Shown here: piece by piece, positions 23,891-36,700 of the stretch
Layout of the letters: each line of letters starts with the position of its first letter
Position numbering within the stretch: position 1 is the first letter of the stretch
Assembly: GCA_024679065.1 (NCBI GenBank)
Contig: JAGIQG010000016.1
Span: 2,108,001-2,172,000 of the forward strand
Direction of reading: 5' to 3'
DNA: 64,000 nucleotides
From: Sphyrna mokarran
Taxonomy: Eukaryota
Notes under the pieces: generated by a model
The model's input: the letters and a program-made list of their open reading frames with translations, nothing else
What the model was told of the DNA's origin: nothing
The model's database searches: none
Translations under genes and position numbers: made by a program

Positions 23891-24469
23891 TTGCCATCTT
23901 TCACAATATTAAAATGTGGCCATAGTTAATCTGTGAGGTGACAGAAAAGACTATTTGATTTAATCCAAAGCAGATACTCATTCTGGTTCTTACCAGTATT
24001 CATCAGGAAAAAGAGTTTGTTCACAGCCTGATTTTCCACACTAGTGGTATAACATGTCGATCTATACATCTGAACCAACAAGGCTTGCTGCAGCCACGAC
24101 CCACCTGAAGAAGGCCTGGGGCTGCCTACGGCATTCAGGACGGATGCTGGAATGCCTCAGTGGGTTGGAGCATGTATATTAGGTTCAGTGACACTGAGGA
24201 TATCCATCTTCCAGCCTCAGAATGTTTCTGGAAATCCATTGTCTTTCCTCAGCAATAGGTTGGTAATGTCAATCATCCCTTCAGTATGGCACTTGAGTAT
24301 GATAGCACAAAGCCCCTGGACATATTTACACCAAGGACAACCTATGTTGGATAATAATCTGGTCCATATCATAAAAGTTTATCCCAGTTGGGAAAGTTCA
24401 GCCTGAGGTAGACTGTTGCAGCTTAATGTAGGATAAGTAATGTCCATGGTTTGAGGCTTTATGAGTGGA

Positions 24470-25995
24470 AAATAATGTCTTATAAATTTGATTGAGTTTT
24501 TTGAAGGGGTAACCAAAAAGATAGATGAGACCAGCGCAGTTTATGTTGTCTGCATAAGGCCTTTGACAAGATACTGCAGAACAGGTTGTTGCATTAAGTT
24601 AAATCTCACAGGATCCACGGTGACATAGCTAAATGGATCCAAAATTGGCTTGATGACAGAATAAGTAAGAAGTCTCACAATACCAGATTAAAGTTCAACA
24701 AGTTTATTTGATAGTAAATCCACAAGCTTTTGGAAAACTGTTCTTTCTTCAGGTGAGTGCAAAGTCCTGATCAGAAATTCATCTGACAAAAGAACAGCAT
24801 TCAGAAAGCTTGTGGGTTTACTATCAAATAAACTTGTTGGATTTTAACCTGGTGTTGTGAGACTTCTTACTGTATTTACCCCAGTCCAACACTGGAATCT
24901 CCACATTGATGACAGAAGACAGAGGGGTGGTTTTAGTGAGTTGTTTATTCAAACTAGTGGACAGTGAAGAAGGTTATTTAGGATTACAACAGGATCTTGA
25001 TCAATTGGGCCCTTAGGCTGATGAATGGCAGATGGAGTTTAATTTAGAAAATTGTGAGGTGATTCATTTTAATAGATTAAACTAGGGCAGGACTTACTCA
25101 GTTAATGGTAGGGCACTGGGGAGAATTATAGAACCGAGATCTAGGAGTACATGTTCAAAGCTCCTTGAAGATAGAGTCATAGGTGGACAGAGTGGTGAAG
25201 AAGGCATTCGGTTTCATTGGTCAGAACATTGAATACAGGAGTTGAAGTTGCACAAGATATTGATAAGGCCATACTTGGAATATTGTGTACAGCTCTGGTC
25301 ACCCTATTGTAGAAAGGATATTATTAAATCGCAAGAGTACAGAAAAGATTTACTAGGATGCTACCAGGACTTGAGTTATAAGAAGAGGTTGGATAGGCTG
25401 GGACTTTTTTTCTGGAGCGTAGAAGGCTGAAGGGTGATCTTAAAGAGGTCTATAAAATAACAAGGGGCACAGATCAGCTAGACAGTCAATATCTTTTCCC
25501 AAAGCTATGGGAATCTAAAACTAGACGCTATAGGTTTAAGGTGAGAGGGGAGAGATACAAAAGGGTTCAGAGGGACAATTTTTTCACTCAGAGGGTAGTA
25601 AGTGTCTGGAACAAACTGTCAGAGATAGTAATAGAGGTGATACAATTTTGTCTTTTAAAAAGCATTTAGACAATTACATGTGCAAGATGAGTATAGAGAT
25701 TCCCACCAGTCTCTACATTCAAAGGATTATCCTCCACCATTTCCATCAACTCTAGCATGATGCTACAACCCAACACATCTTCCCCTCACTGCCCCTGTCA
25801 GCATTCCACAGGGATCTCTATCTCTAGGACATCCTGGTCCACTCCTCCATCACATCCAACATTTCATCCCTGTCCATGGCACTCCCATGCAATCATAGAA
25901 CATAGGCAGTTGGAACTAGCTTAGTGGTAAAAAAAAAAGAGTGGCATGGACAAGTTGGGCTAAAGGGCCTGTTTCCATGATGTAAATCTCTACGA
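24470..25995 (+). mobile_element. Decayed CR1 LINE with nested insertions (palindrome at 24662-24905; Penelope-like ORF fragment ~25700-25895)
   Basis: RPYLEYCVQLWSP etc.; nested piece translates to PTSLYIQRIILHHF...HIFPSLPLSAFHRD, resembling Penelope-like ORFs. Confidence 0.8.
24662..24905. mobile_element. Older, diverged palindromic Penelope-like insertion
   Basis: Imperfect inverted arms AGTAAGAAGTCTCACAA...TTGTGAGACTTCTTACT; 12-bp direct repeat TTGATGACAGAA at 24650-24661 and 24906-24917. Confidence 0.8.
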
Positions 25996-26014
25996 CCCTT
26001 TGACTATGACTCAC

Positions 26015-26308
26015 CTGGCACAGTTAGTATGAGGTTCCTCTCCGCTGAAACAGATGGATATTTCACTCTACAGGTGAGATTGTGTCCATGGTGTTTGAGT
26101 GATGGGATCAGGGTCAGAACAGAAGTATAGGTCAGAGTGTTGCCATGCTGAGTTACAGTGTTTGAGACTGATCCAGGTATGTCATTGAGAGTGTACCAGG
26201 TTAAGACAGGTGCTGTTCCATTGCACGTTGTGTTGAAGGTGCAGCTTATGTTCACACGTTTTCCTGCAATAATTTCAGCAGGAAATATTGTGGGTTTATC
26301 TATGAAAT
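26015..26308 (-). CDS. Siglec-like receptor A, C2-set Ig exon (294 nt): NFIDKPTIFPAEIIAGKRVNISCTFNTTCNGTAPVLTW...HHGHNLTCRVKYP...LILTVP
   Basis: Siglec domain-2 pattern C-x5-C-x4-P-x3-W and HGxNLTC; phases 1/1; GTGAGT donor; alternative in-frame acceptor 9 nt inside. Confidence 0.93.
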
Positions 26309-26719
26309 CTAACACACACAGAATGGATTTTTTAGATAAATATATCATGAAACATCAGTTCAAATAGAAATCACAGTCCCACAAGAGAAAGCATTGTTAC
26401 AAGGATGAAATCAGAACTGAGAGATTACAATGATCATTAAAGAATTTTCTATTTTCTGAGTTAACACTGTGTCAGTAACTCAGTTAAATACTCTTTCACA
26501 CAGTGAGGCTTGAGGCATCAAAATGGAGGAGCAACTCGCAGAGAACTCACTTAGAAATCTATCCCAAATTTAAATTAATTCCTATGCCCAGCTGGACAGA
26601 AACGCTTTGAAACAATCTCTGAAGCAGCGTCTAAAACAAATGATTAGTTATTTGTCTGCAATCCATGGGAGCTTGCTGTTCACAAATTGCCCTCTTTGTT
26701 TCCTATGTTACAATAGTGA

Positions 26720-27065
26720 TGGCATGGTGGCATAGTGGTTAGCACTGCTGTCTCACAGCATCACAGACTCAGATTTAATTCTGGCTTTGAGTGATTGTCT
26801 CAGTTGAGTTTGCACATTCTACCGATGTCTGCACTGGGTTTCCTCGGGGACTCCGGCTTCCTCCCATATTCCAAAGATGTGCAGGTTAGGTGGATTGCCA
26901 TGATTACAATTGCCCCATACTGTCCCAAGATTTAAAGATTAGGTAGATTAGCGCAGTAAGTGTGTGGAATTATGGGGATAAAGTGGGGAGAGGGCCTGTA
27001 TGAGATACTCTGTTAGAGAATTGGTGCTGATGCGGAATAGCCTCGTTCTGTGTTGTGTGAATTGT
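26720..27065 (+). mobile_element. tRNA-derived SINE
   Basis: GGCATGGTGGCATAGTGGTTAGCACTG start, GAGTTTGCACATTCT...GGGTTTCCTC core, LINE-like tail. Confidence 0.8.
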
Positions 27066-27314
27066 ACGATGACTACACATCAAGCAATGACTGTGAATTG
27101 ATTTGGAATGTTCTGAGGTAGTGAAAGGCACTATAGAAATATGAGTCTTTCTTTTGTCATCAGCTAAGATTATTAAATGGAATTAAAGAAATCGATGGGA
27201 TTGGATAATCTGACAACACTGATGGACGCAGTCAGTACATTTAATCATTGATATTAAAGTGAGTAGTAGAGGTTGCTTTAGGACTGCACTGGAAGCTATC
27301 ACCAGGTTAAGTGG

Positions 27315-29388
27315 TGCTTATTCAAGGAGCAGCTGCTGCGAGTCCTTGATAAGTATGTCCCTGTCAGGCAGGGAGGAAATGGACGAGTAAGAGAGCCTTG
27401 GTGTACGAAAAGAGTTGATTTGCTGGTTAAGAAGAAAAAGGATGCTTATGTCAGGATGAGGCTTGAAGGCTCAGGTAGTGCAATGGATAGCTATAGATTA
27501 GCTAGGAAGGAGGTAAAAAGTGAATTGAGGAGAGCTAAGAGGGGACACGAGAAGATGTTGGCTGATAGGATTAAGGAGAATCCTAAAGCTTTCTTTCGTT
27601 ATGTTAAGAATAGAAGATTGGTTCGGGCAAGATTAGGGCCAGTCATAGACAGCAGTGGGAAGTTGTGCGTGGAGCCTGAAGAGATTGGTGAGGCACTGAA
27701 TAAATATTTCTCTTCGGTATTCACACAGAGTGCTGGAAATGTAGCTGTGGAGAGCACTGAGGTACAGGGTTGCAAATTGGGGAGTATTGTAGTAGATAGG
27801 GAGGATGTGTTAGAAATTCTCGAGTGTTTGAAGTTGGATAAGTCCCCTGGGCCGGACGGGATTTACCCTAGGATTCTCTGGGAGGCAAGAGAGGAGATTG
27901 CAGAGCCTCTGGCTCTGATCTTCAGGTCCTCGTTGGTTACGGGTGTGGTTCGGAGGACTGGAGGATAGCGAATGTGGTCCCATTGTTTAAGAAGGGGAAG
28001 AGAGACCTTCCAGGGAATTATAGGCCAGTGAGTCTTACTTCTGTTGTGGGCAAAGTATTGGAGAGAATTATTAGGGATAGGATTTATAGTTATTTAGAGA
28101 GAAATGAATTGATTGGGATAGTCAGCATGGTTTCGTGAAGGGTAGGTCATGCCTTACTAACCTCATTGAGTTTTTTGAGAAAGTGACCAGAGAGGTGGAT
28201 GGGGGTAAGGCGGTTGATTTAGTATATATGGACTTTAGTAAGGCGTTTGATAAGGTGGCCCATGGAAGACTTCTACAGAAAATGCAGATGTGTGGAATAG
28301 AGGGTGATTTCGCTAATTGGATTAGGAATTGGCTGGCAGATAGAAGACAGAGGGTGGTGGTTGATGGGAGATATTCATCGTGGAGTTCGGTGACGAGTGG
28401 TGTGCCTCAGGGTCTGTTTTGGGGCCCCTGCTGTTTGTAATTTTTATAAATGATCTGGATGAGGGTATTGAGGATGGATCAGTAAATTTGCAGATGACAC
28501 TAAAGTCGGTGGAGTGGTAGATAGTGAAGAGGGGTGTTATAGTTTACAGAGTGCCTTGGACAAGTTGCAGAGCTGGGCCGAGAGGTGGCAAATGGAGTTT
28601 AATGTGGAAAAGTGTGAGGTAATGCACTTTGGCAGGAACAATAAATGTGTAGAGTATGGGCTAATGGTAGGGCTCTTAATAGTGTTGAGGAACAGAAGGA
28701 TCTTGGTGTATGTGTCAATAGATCCCTGAAAGTAGGCAGTCAAGTTGATAAAGTTGTTAAGAAGGCATATGGAGTCTTAGCTTTTATTGGTAGGGGGATT
28801 GAATTTAGGAGCCGCAGCATCATGTTGCAACTGTACAAAACTCTAGTGCGGCCGCACTTGGAGTATTGTGTGCAGTTCTGGTCGCCACATTATAAGAAAG
28901 ATGTGGAGGCATTGGCGAGGGTACAGAGGAGGTTTACCAGGATGTTGCCTGGTATGGAGGGCAGGTCCTATGAAGAGAGGTTGAAGTATTTGAGGTTGTT
29001 TTCGTTAGAAAGGAGGCGGCTAAGAGGGGATCTTATTGAAGCATATAAGATGATTAGAGGTTTAGATAGGTGGACAGTGATAGCCTTTTTCCTAGGATGG
29101 AGAAAGCTAGCACGAGGGGACACAGCTTTAAATTAAGGGGTATGAGTTATAGGACGGATATCAGAGGTAGGTTCTTTACTCAAAGAGTGATTAGGGAGTG
29201 GAATGCCCTGCCTGCAGCTGTTGTAGATGCGCCAAGTTTGGTGGCGTTAAGAGGTTAGTTGATAAGTATATGGATGAGAAGGGAATGGTTTAGTTAGGAG
29301 GGGCATTGCTTTTTATTTTGGTCGGCACAACATCGAAGGCCGAAGGGCCTGTTCTGTGCTGTATTGTTCTATGTTCTATGTTCTATGT
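27315..29388 (+). mobile_element. 5'-truncated CR1 LINE, frameshifted RT
   Basis: KSPGPDGIYPR, YMDFSKAFDKV, SGVPQG, KFADDTK, RPHLEYCVQFWSP; (TTCTATG)3 tail. Confidence 0.96.
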
Positions 29389-29514
29389 TATTGATAATCA
29401 CATGCTGGGTTATAATGAGCTGTGTTTTGTGTTAATGTGTAAATGTCATAGTTTGTGTTAATTCCCATTGAGTGTTGAATATGAATTGTTGAGTAATTAC
29501 AAGACAGAACTTAC

Positions 29515-29880
29515 TAGAAACGTGAAGCCGAGATACAGGGTAGTAGCTGTAACTATTCCTTCTGTCAAATTCTATTCTGAAATAATAAGGCCCAGCATCT
29601 TCTCGTGTGATGTTGTTTATAATGAGGGAACAGTCGCCATCTTTCAGTTCTCCAGACAGCCGGGTCCGATGGCGGAACTGTGGCAATATGCGATTGTGAT
29701 CCTTGGAGTGAAAGGCTATAGATGATCTTCTCCATTTCTCGTTATTAAACCAGATTGCATCTCGCGATTGGTTTACCAAATCTGATGGATAACTGTAATG
29801 ACATGGAATCTGTACACATAAACCTTCCTGTGCTGTCACCTTTTGTGGAGTGTCGACTTTCCATTTCTGTGACAGTCCAG
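29515..29880 (-). CDS. Siglec-like receptor A, V-set Ig exon (366 nt) with predicted sialic-acid-binding Arg
   Basis: QEGLCVQIPC, GDCSLII and DAGPYYFRIE match the Siglec V-set signature (extra Cys, B-E intrasheet disulfide, F-strand Arg); TTTCTCTCTCCAG acceptor, GTAAGT donor, phases 1/1. Confidence 0.95.
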
Positions 29881-30184
29881 CTGGAGAGAGAAATATCAAT
29901 ATTTAACACTGGCATTCAGCAGGGTTGCCTTGAAAGGGCTTCTGCACCCTCTGACCTTTCTTTGAGCAGCAATGTACTGCAATGCCCACTACCTCTGCTC
30001 AGACCACATTCTCTTTCAAACATAGATAACCACTAAAACAAAATCGCTGGGTCACTACTTTAGAAGTCACCATGTAATCATTGTGGGGAGTGCCTTCAGC
30101 ATACAGAGATTCCTCAGACAAAGAAGATCCAATGAGATTCCTTGGACAATGAGGATCCAACGAGGTTCCTTAGACAATAAGGAT

Positions 30185-30510
30185 ATAAACTGCACCAATT
30201 AGATTGATTCAGACAAACTACCCTTAGGTGGTGAATTCTAAAAAAGCGATCCATTCCTAGGGTAATGCCTCAACCAATCAGATTTGACTGCCCAATTTGA
30301 ATTTAAATAAAAGCTGGGCAGTAAACTGTTTCCTGATGCATTTTCCATGGCAATGCCTCCCTCAATTGGTGTCCATTTGCCAATCAATCAGCATTCTCTA
30401 CTTATACAATATAAATTGTTGTTACTTTGTAGTTGATCTTTTTGCAAAAATCATAATGAGAGCCTGATGAAAAGCTTCAAGAGCATGTCTGTTTTTCAGC
30501 AATACTGACA
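30185..30510 (+). mobile_element. Probable retroelement terminal repeat (CCAATC-rich, TATAAAT)
   Basis: Repeated CCAATCA, TATAAAT and CTGATGAAAAGCTT; family uncertain. Confidence 0.35.
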
Positions 30511-33464
30511 GCTTTCTCAGGCGATGACTTTGCTGACTGTTCTCCATTGTATTTTCAGTTGGGGAATATAATTGTATTTAGTATTTAAGTAAATTACGTT
30601 TTCGAGACCCCACGTTAACCTGACCCTACTGCAACAGGCACTGTCAAACACACAAGAAAGCGCCTGTTGCCGGACCTCTATATATGTCAGAGGTGTCGCT
30701 ATATTGGCTTCACAGTTTCACAGGTGGTATTACTTTGTTTTGTTAAGTGTGAACTGAAACCCATGTGTTAGGCTGAAGATTCCACCTATTCCCCTGCAGT
30801 ATTTATGCATTGATGCAGCAATGATAAGGGCTCACTGGCAAGGAATTTATTTCACGGAACCATAAAATAAGACAGCACAGCAAAAGACCATTCGGTCCAT
30901 CGTGCTTTTGCAGTTCCTTGAAGGAGGAAATTCAATAGCACCTCTACACAGCGACAGGAAAAGAGCATCACTGGGAAAAAAGCAAGGCGGGGGGAGGTGA
31001 GAGAGTTTAATAAATCGCACAGATCTACCAAAGGGCCAGCATAGGCATAATGGGCCGAATGGTCTATTATTGTATTGGATTATTCTATGGTTCCATGAGT
31101 TTTATCTGTATTGCAGTTAAGTTCTAATACAGAAGAAGACAGAGGCACAGTGGTAATGAGCTAGTGATTCAGAGTCCAGGCTAATATTCTGGACGTTTGG
31201 GTTAAACTGCTATCCATGATAGCTGGTAGAAACTGAATTCAATCTGGAATTGAAAGCTAATCTCTGCAATTGTGATCGAGAAATAACGATTGATTGACAT
31301 TAAAAACATTGGGTTCAATAATGTCCCTTTTAGTGAAGAAAAACTGCCATCTTTACCCAGTCAAGTCTACATGTGACTCCAGATCCACAGCAATGTGCTG
31401 ATGCTTAACTGCCCTTCTGAAATGACTGAGGGAGACACTTAATTCGAGGGACACTGAGGATTGTGCAACAAATGTTGGTGCAGCCAGTGACACCCACAAG
31501 CCATGAAAAATATGAGAGATAAGCTGATAGTTTTGTTATCAAACTGACGGTCTTGTTGTCTTTTTGATGTTTGCTTGGCTGGCTGCTATGATGACAGGAA
31601 GTCATTCTGTCTATTCTAAGCTCTGCTGCCTTGCAATCATGTGATTTCTCAGTAAAATTCTTATTTCAGAGCATCTCCAATTCTGAACTGTTCTCCATCC
31701 CCAAGGTTTAGGAAGAGAATTGCAGAGCTTAGAGTTGAGGCAACTGAAGGCACGGCTCCTAGTGGTAGAATGATGGGAACTGGAGAAACACAGGAGGCTT
31801 GGTTAGTGGCCACAGAGGGCTGAAGGGCCCATGGGAAGAAATAGAGAGAGGGAAGGTTATAGGGGCTAGAAGAGATTACAGAGATACAGAGGGGTGTAAA
31901 GGCTGAATGGTTATAATGGTAAGGAGGGCTATAGGGAATGGAAGAGGTTAAAGACAGAAGAAGGGTTAACATAGAAACATAGAAACTAGAAACAGGAGGA
32001 GACCATTCGGTCCTTCAAGCCCGCTCTGCCATTCATTTTGATCATGGCTGATCGTCAAATTCAATATTCTGATCCCCTTTCCTCCCAGATCCCTAGATCC
32101 CTTTAGCCCCAAGAGCTAAATCTATTTTCTCCCTGAAATGAGACAATGTTTTGGCTTCAATTACTATCGCTGGGAGTAAATTCCACACATTTGCCACTCT
32201 CTGGGTGAAGAAATTTCTCCTCATCTCAGTCCCAAAAGGTTTACCCCTTATCCTCAGACAATGACTCCCTAGTTCTGGACACCCATCATTGGAATCTAGC
32301 TTGTCTAACTCTTAGAATTTTGTAAGTTTTTATGAGATCCCCTCTCACTCTTCTCTCATGCAGTGAAGATATCCTAACTGATTTAGTCACTCCTCATATG
32401 ACAGATTTGCCATCCCATGAATCAACCTGGTAAGCCTTTGCTATACTCCCTCTACAGCAAGAACATCCTTCTTCAGATAAGGACAACAAAACTACACATA
32501 CTATTCCTGGTGTGGCTTCACAATGCCCCATGCAATTGCAGCAGAACATCCTTATCCCTGTATCCAAATTCTCTCGCTATGAAGGCCGATACCATTTGCT
32601 TTCTTTACTGCCTGCTATATCTGCACACTTATTTTCAGCGACTGATGCATGAAGACACCAAAATCTCGTTGAGTATCCATCTCTGTCAACTTACACTGAT
32701 TCAAGTAATAATCTGTCTTCCTATTAATGCTGCCAAAATGGATAACCTCACATTTATCCACATTATATGCATCTGCCATGCAGATGCCTACACATTTAGC
32801 CTGTCCAAATCACGGTGAAACATCTTTGCATCCTCCTCACAGCTCACCCTCCCACCCAACTTTGTATCATCTGCAAACTTTGAGATAGTATATTCAGTTT
32901 CTTCTTCCAAATCATTAATATATAATTGAACAGTTGGGGTCCTAGCACAGATCCCTGCAGAACCCCACTAGTCACTGACTGCCAATCAGAAAAAGATCCA
33001 TCTTTGAAGATGTGACTAAACACATGAATTACTAAACTTCACTAAAGTGTGAAGTTCATTTTGGCAGGTCAAATATAAATGACTTGGAAGAGGGAGTAAG
33101 TGGAGTGATCAGCAAGTTTGCAGACGATACAAAGATGGCTGGACTTGCGGATAGTGAGGAGCATTGTCAGGCGATGCAGCAGGACATAGATAGGCTGGTA
33201 GCTTTGGCAGATAGATGGCAGATGGAATTCAATCCTGATAAATGCAAGGTGATGCATTTTGGGAGAAAGAATGTAGCGGGGAGGTATATGATAAAGGGTA
33301 AACCTATTATGGTAAGTATGTCCCTGTCAGGCAAGGAGGAAATGGTTGAGTAAGGGAACCATGGTGTACTAAAAAAGTTAATTCACTGGTTAAAAGGAAA
33401 AAGGAGGCTTATGTCAGGATGAGGCTTGAAGGCTCAGTTAGTGCACTGGATAGCTATAGATTAG

Positions 33465-33707
33465 AACTCAGTAAGAATCTAGCAACACCAATTTTAAATC
33501 CAACCGATTTATTTGATAGTAAATTTGCGAGCTTTCGACACTGTCTTCGTCAGGCAAATGCAGCGTTCTGGTCTGAATTTGCCTGACGAAGACAGTGTCG
33601 AAAGCTCGCAAATTTACTATCAAATAAATCGGTTGGATTTAAAATTGGTGTTGCTAGATTCTCACTGAGTTCTTACTACCCCAGTCCAACACCGGCATCT
33701 CTACATC
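33465..33707. mobile_element. Young palindromic Penelope-like insertion carrying hammerhead motifs on both strands
   Basis: 101-bp arms (33463-33563 / 33573-33673), 2 mismatches, 9-nt loop; 15-bp direct repeat ATAGCTATAGATTAG at 33450-33464 and 33708-33722. Confidence 0.92.
33576..33614 (+). ncRNA. Minimal type I hammerhead ribozyme motif (mirror copy on minus strand ~33559-33523)
   Basis: AAUUUGC-CUGACGA-A-GACaguGUC-GAAA-GCU-C-GCAAAUU: 7-bp stem I, conserved core, 3-bp stem II, self-complementary AGCU stem III, predicted cleavage after C33607. Confidence 0.75.
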
Positions 33708-36700
33708 ATAGCTATAGATTAGCGAGGAGGAAGCTAAAGAGTGAGTTGAGAAGAGCTAAAAGAGGACACGAGAAGACTTTGGCTGATAGGATCAAGGAGA
33801 ATCCTAAAGCTTTCTTTAGATATGTTAAGAATAGAAGATTGGTCAGGGCAAGATTAGGGCCAGTCATAGACAGCAGTGGGAAGTTGTGCGTGGAGCCTGA
33901 AGAGATTGGAGAGGCACTGAACAAATATTTCTCTTCAGTATTCACGCAGGGAGACGTAAATGTAGTTGTGGAGAACACTGGGATACTGGGTTGTAAACTG
34001 GAAAGTATTGAAGTAGACAAGGAGGAGGTGCTAGATATTCTTGAGGGTTTGAAGTTAGATAAGTCCCCTGGGCTGGATGGATTTACCCTAGGATTCTCTG
34101 GGAGGTGAGAGAGGTGATTGCAGAGCCTCTGGCTCTGATCTTCAGGTCATCATTGGTTACAGGTATAGTGCCGGAAGACTGGAGGAGAGCGAATGTGATC
34201 CCATTGTTCAAGAAGGGGAATAGAGACTTTCCAGGGAATTATAGACTGGTGAGTCTTACTTCTGTTGTGGGCAAAGTATTGGAAAGAATTATTAGGAATA
34301 GGATTTATAGTTATTTAGAGAGTAACGAATTGATTGGGGATAGTCAGCATGGTTTTGTGAAGGGTAGGTCGTGCCTTACTAACCTATTGAGTTTTTTGAA
34401 AAAGTGACCAAAGAGGTGGATGGGGGTAAGGCGGTTGATGTGGTATATATGGACTTTAGTAAGGCGTTCGATAAGATGGCCCATGGAAGGCTTCTGCAGA
34501 AAATGCAGATGTATGGGATAGAGGGTGATTTAGCTAATTGGATTAGGAATTGGCTAGCAGATAGAAGACAGAGGGTGGTGGTTGATGGGAGATATTCATC
34601 GTGGAGTTCGGTTACTAGTGGTGTACCTCAGGGATCTGTTTTGTGGCCCCTGCTGTTTGTAATTTTTATAAATGATCTGGATGAGGGTATTGAAGGATGG
34701 ATTAGTAAATTTGCAGATGACACCAAAGTCGGAGGAGTGGTAGATAGTGAAGAGGGGTGTTATAGTTTGCAGACAGACGTGGACAAGTTGCAGAGCTGGG
34801 CCGAGAGGTGGCAAATGGAGTTTAATGTGGAAAAGTGTGAGGTAATTCACTTTGGCAGGAATAACAAATGTGTAGAGTATAGGGCTAATGGTAGGACTCT
34901 TAATAGTGTTGATGAACAGAGGGATCTTGGTGTATATGTGCATAGATCCCTGAAAGTTGGCAATCAAGTCGATAAGGTTGTTAAGAAGGCATACGGAGTC
35001 TTAGTTTTATTGGTAGGGGGATTGAATTTCGGAGCCGCAACGTCATGTTGCAACTGTACAAAACTCTAGTGTGGCCGCACTTGGAGTATTGTGTACAGTT
35101 CTGGTCCCCGCATTATAAGAAAGATGTGGAGGCATTGGAGAGGGTACAGAGGAGGTTTACCAGGATGTTGTCTGTATGAGGGCAGGTCTTATGAAGAGAG
35201 GCTGAGGGTTTGAGGTTGTTTTCATTAGAAAGAAGGCAGCTAAGAGGAGACCTTATTGAAACATATAAGATGATTAGAGTTTAGATAGGGTGGACAGTGA
35301 TAGCCTTTTTCCTAGGATGGGAAAGCTAGCACGAGGGGACATAGCTTTAAATAAGGGGTGGTAGTTATAGGAGATGTCAGAGATAGGTTCTTTACCCAGA
35401 GGGTGTAAGGGTATGGAATGCCCTGCCTGCTGCAGTTGTAGATGCGCCAAGTTTGGTGGCTTTTAAGAGGTTAGTAGATAAGTTTATGGATGAAAAGGGA
35501 ATGGTTTAGGTTAGAGGGTCATTGCTTTTTCTTAATTGGTCGGCGCAACATCGAAGGCCGAAGGGCCTGTTCTGCGCTGTAATGTTCTATGTTCTATTAA
35601 GAGTATAGAAACGCAGAGGGACCTTGGGGTGCAGGTGCACAAGTCTCTGAAGCTGGCAGAGCAAGTGGAGAAGGTTGTGAAGAAAGTATATGGTATGCTA
35701 GCCTTTATAGGAAGGGATATAGAATACAAGAGCTGGCCTTTAATGTTGCAGTTGTATAAAACATTGGTTAGACCTCATTTGGAATACTGCGTCCAGTTCT
35801 GGTCAACTTACTACTGGAAGGACGTGGAGACTCTAGAGAAAGTGCAGAGGAGGTTTACCAGGATGCTGCCTGGTATGGAAGGTCTGAGTTACGAGGAGAG
35901 GTTAGGCAAATTGGGACTGTTTTCCTTAGAAAGACATAGACTCAGAGGAGATCTAATAGAGGTGTACAAGATTATGATGGGTATAGATAGAGTAAACAGG
36001 GTTAAGCTTTTTCCCAGGATGGACTCAAATAGCACGAGGGGTCACGGGGCTTAGGGTAAGGGCGGTAAGGTATAATTTGGATGCTAGAGGGAGTTTTTTC
36101 ACACAGAGGGTGGTGGGGGTATGGAATGCGCTGCCAAGTAAAGTGGTGGAGGCAAGCACTCTGGAGTTATTTAAGAAATACTTAGATGGGCACATGAACA
36201 GAATGGGAATGGAGGGGTATAGAGAACTGATTTAAAATAGGGATCATGAGCCTTGGGAGTCCCTGGGAAGTGTGTAAATGGATGATGATATTGACGTACT
36301 TGTTTTTATCCTACAGGTGCTTTGGTCCACCTTGTTGTCTAACAAGGGGCATTCACGCTTTGGGTCGTGAGAGGGCTGCTCTTGGATATTTTTCGAGAGT
36401 ATTGTAGTGCTTCACGTTGTTAGTGTATGCTTGACCTGGACCATTTGATGGGCAACACGACAGTTCAGTGACTATCGCTGTGCTGTGCAGATACATGGAT
36501 TTGGGCCTGTGTCTGTGGGAGTTTGTGCATTCTCCCCATGCTTGCGTGGGTTTTCTTTGGGTGCTCTGGTTTCCTCCCACATCCCAAAGATGTTCTGTTA
36601 GGCTTACTGGCAAAACAAATTCTGTCTAAATTGTCTCAAATTTGGTTTTTCATCTATAAACATAGACAGGGATCACGGGTAGAGGCGGGAACATTGAGGT

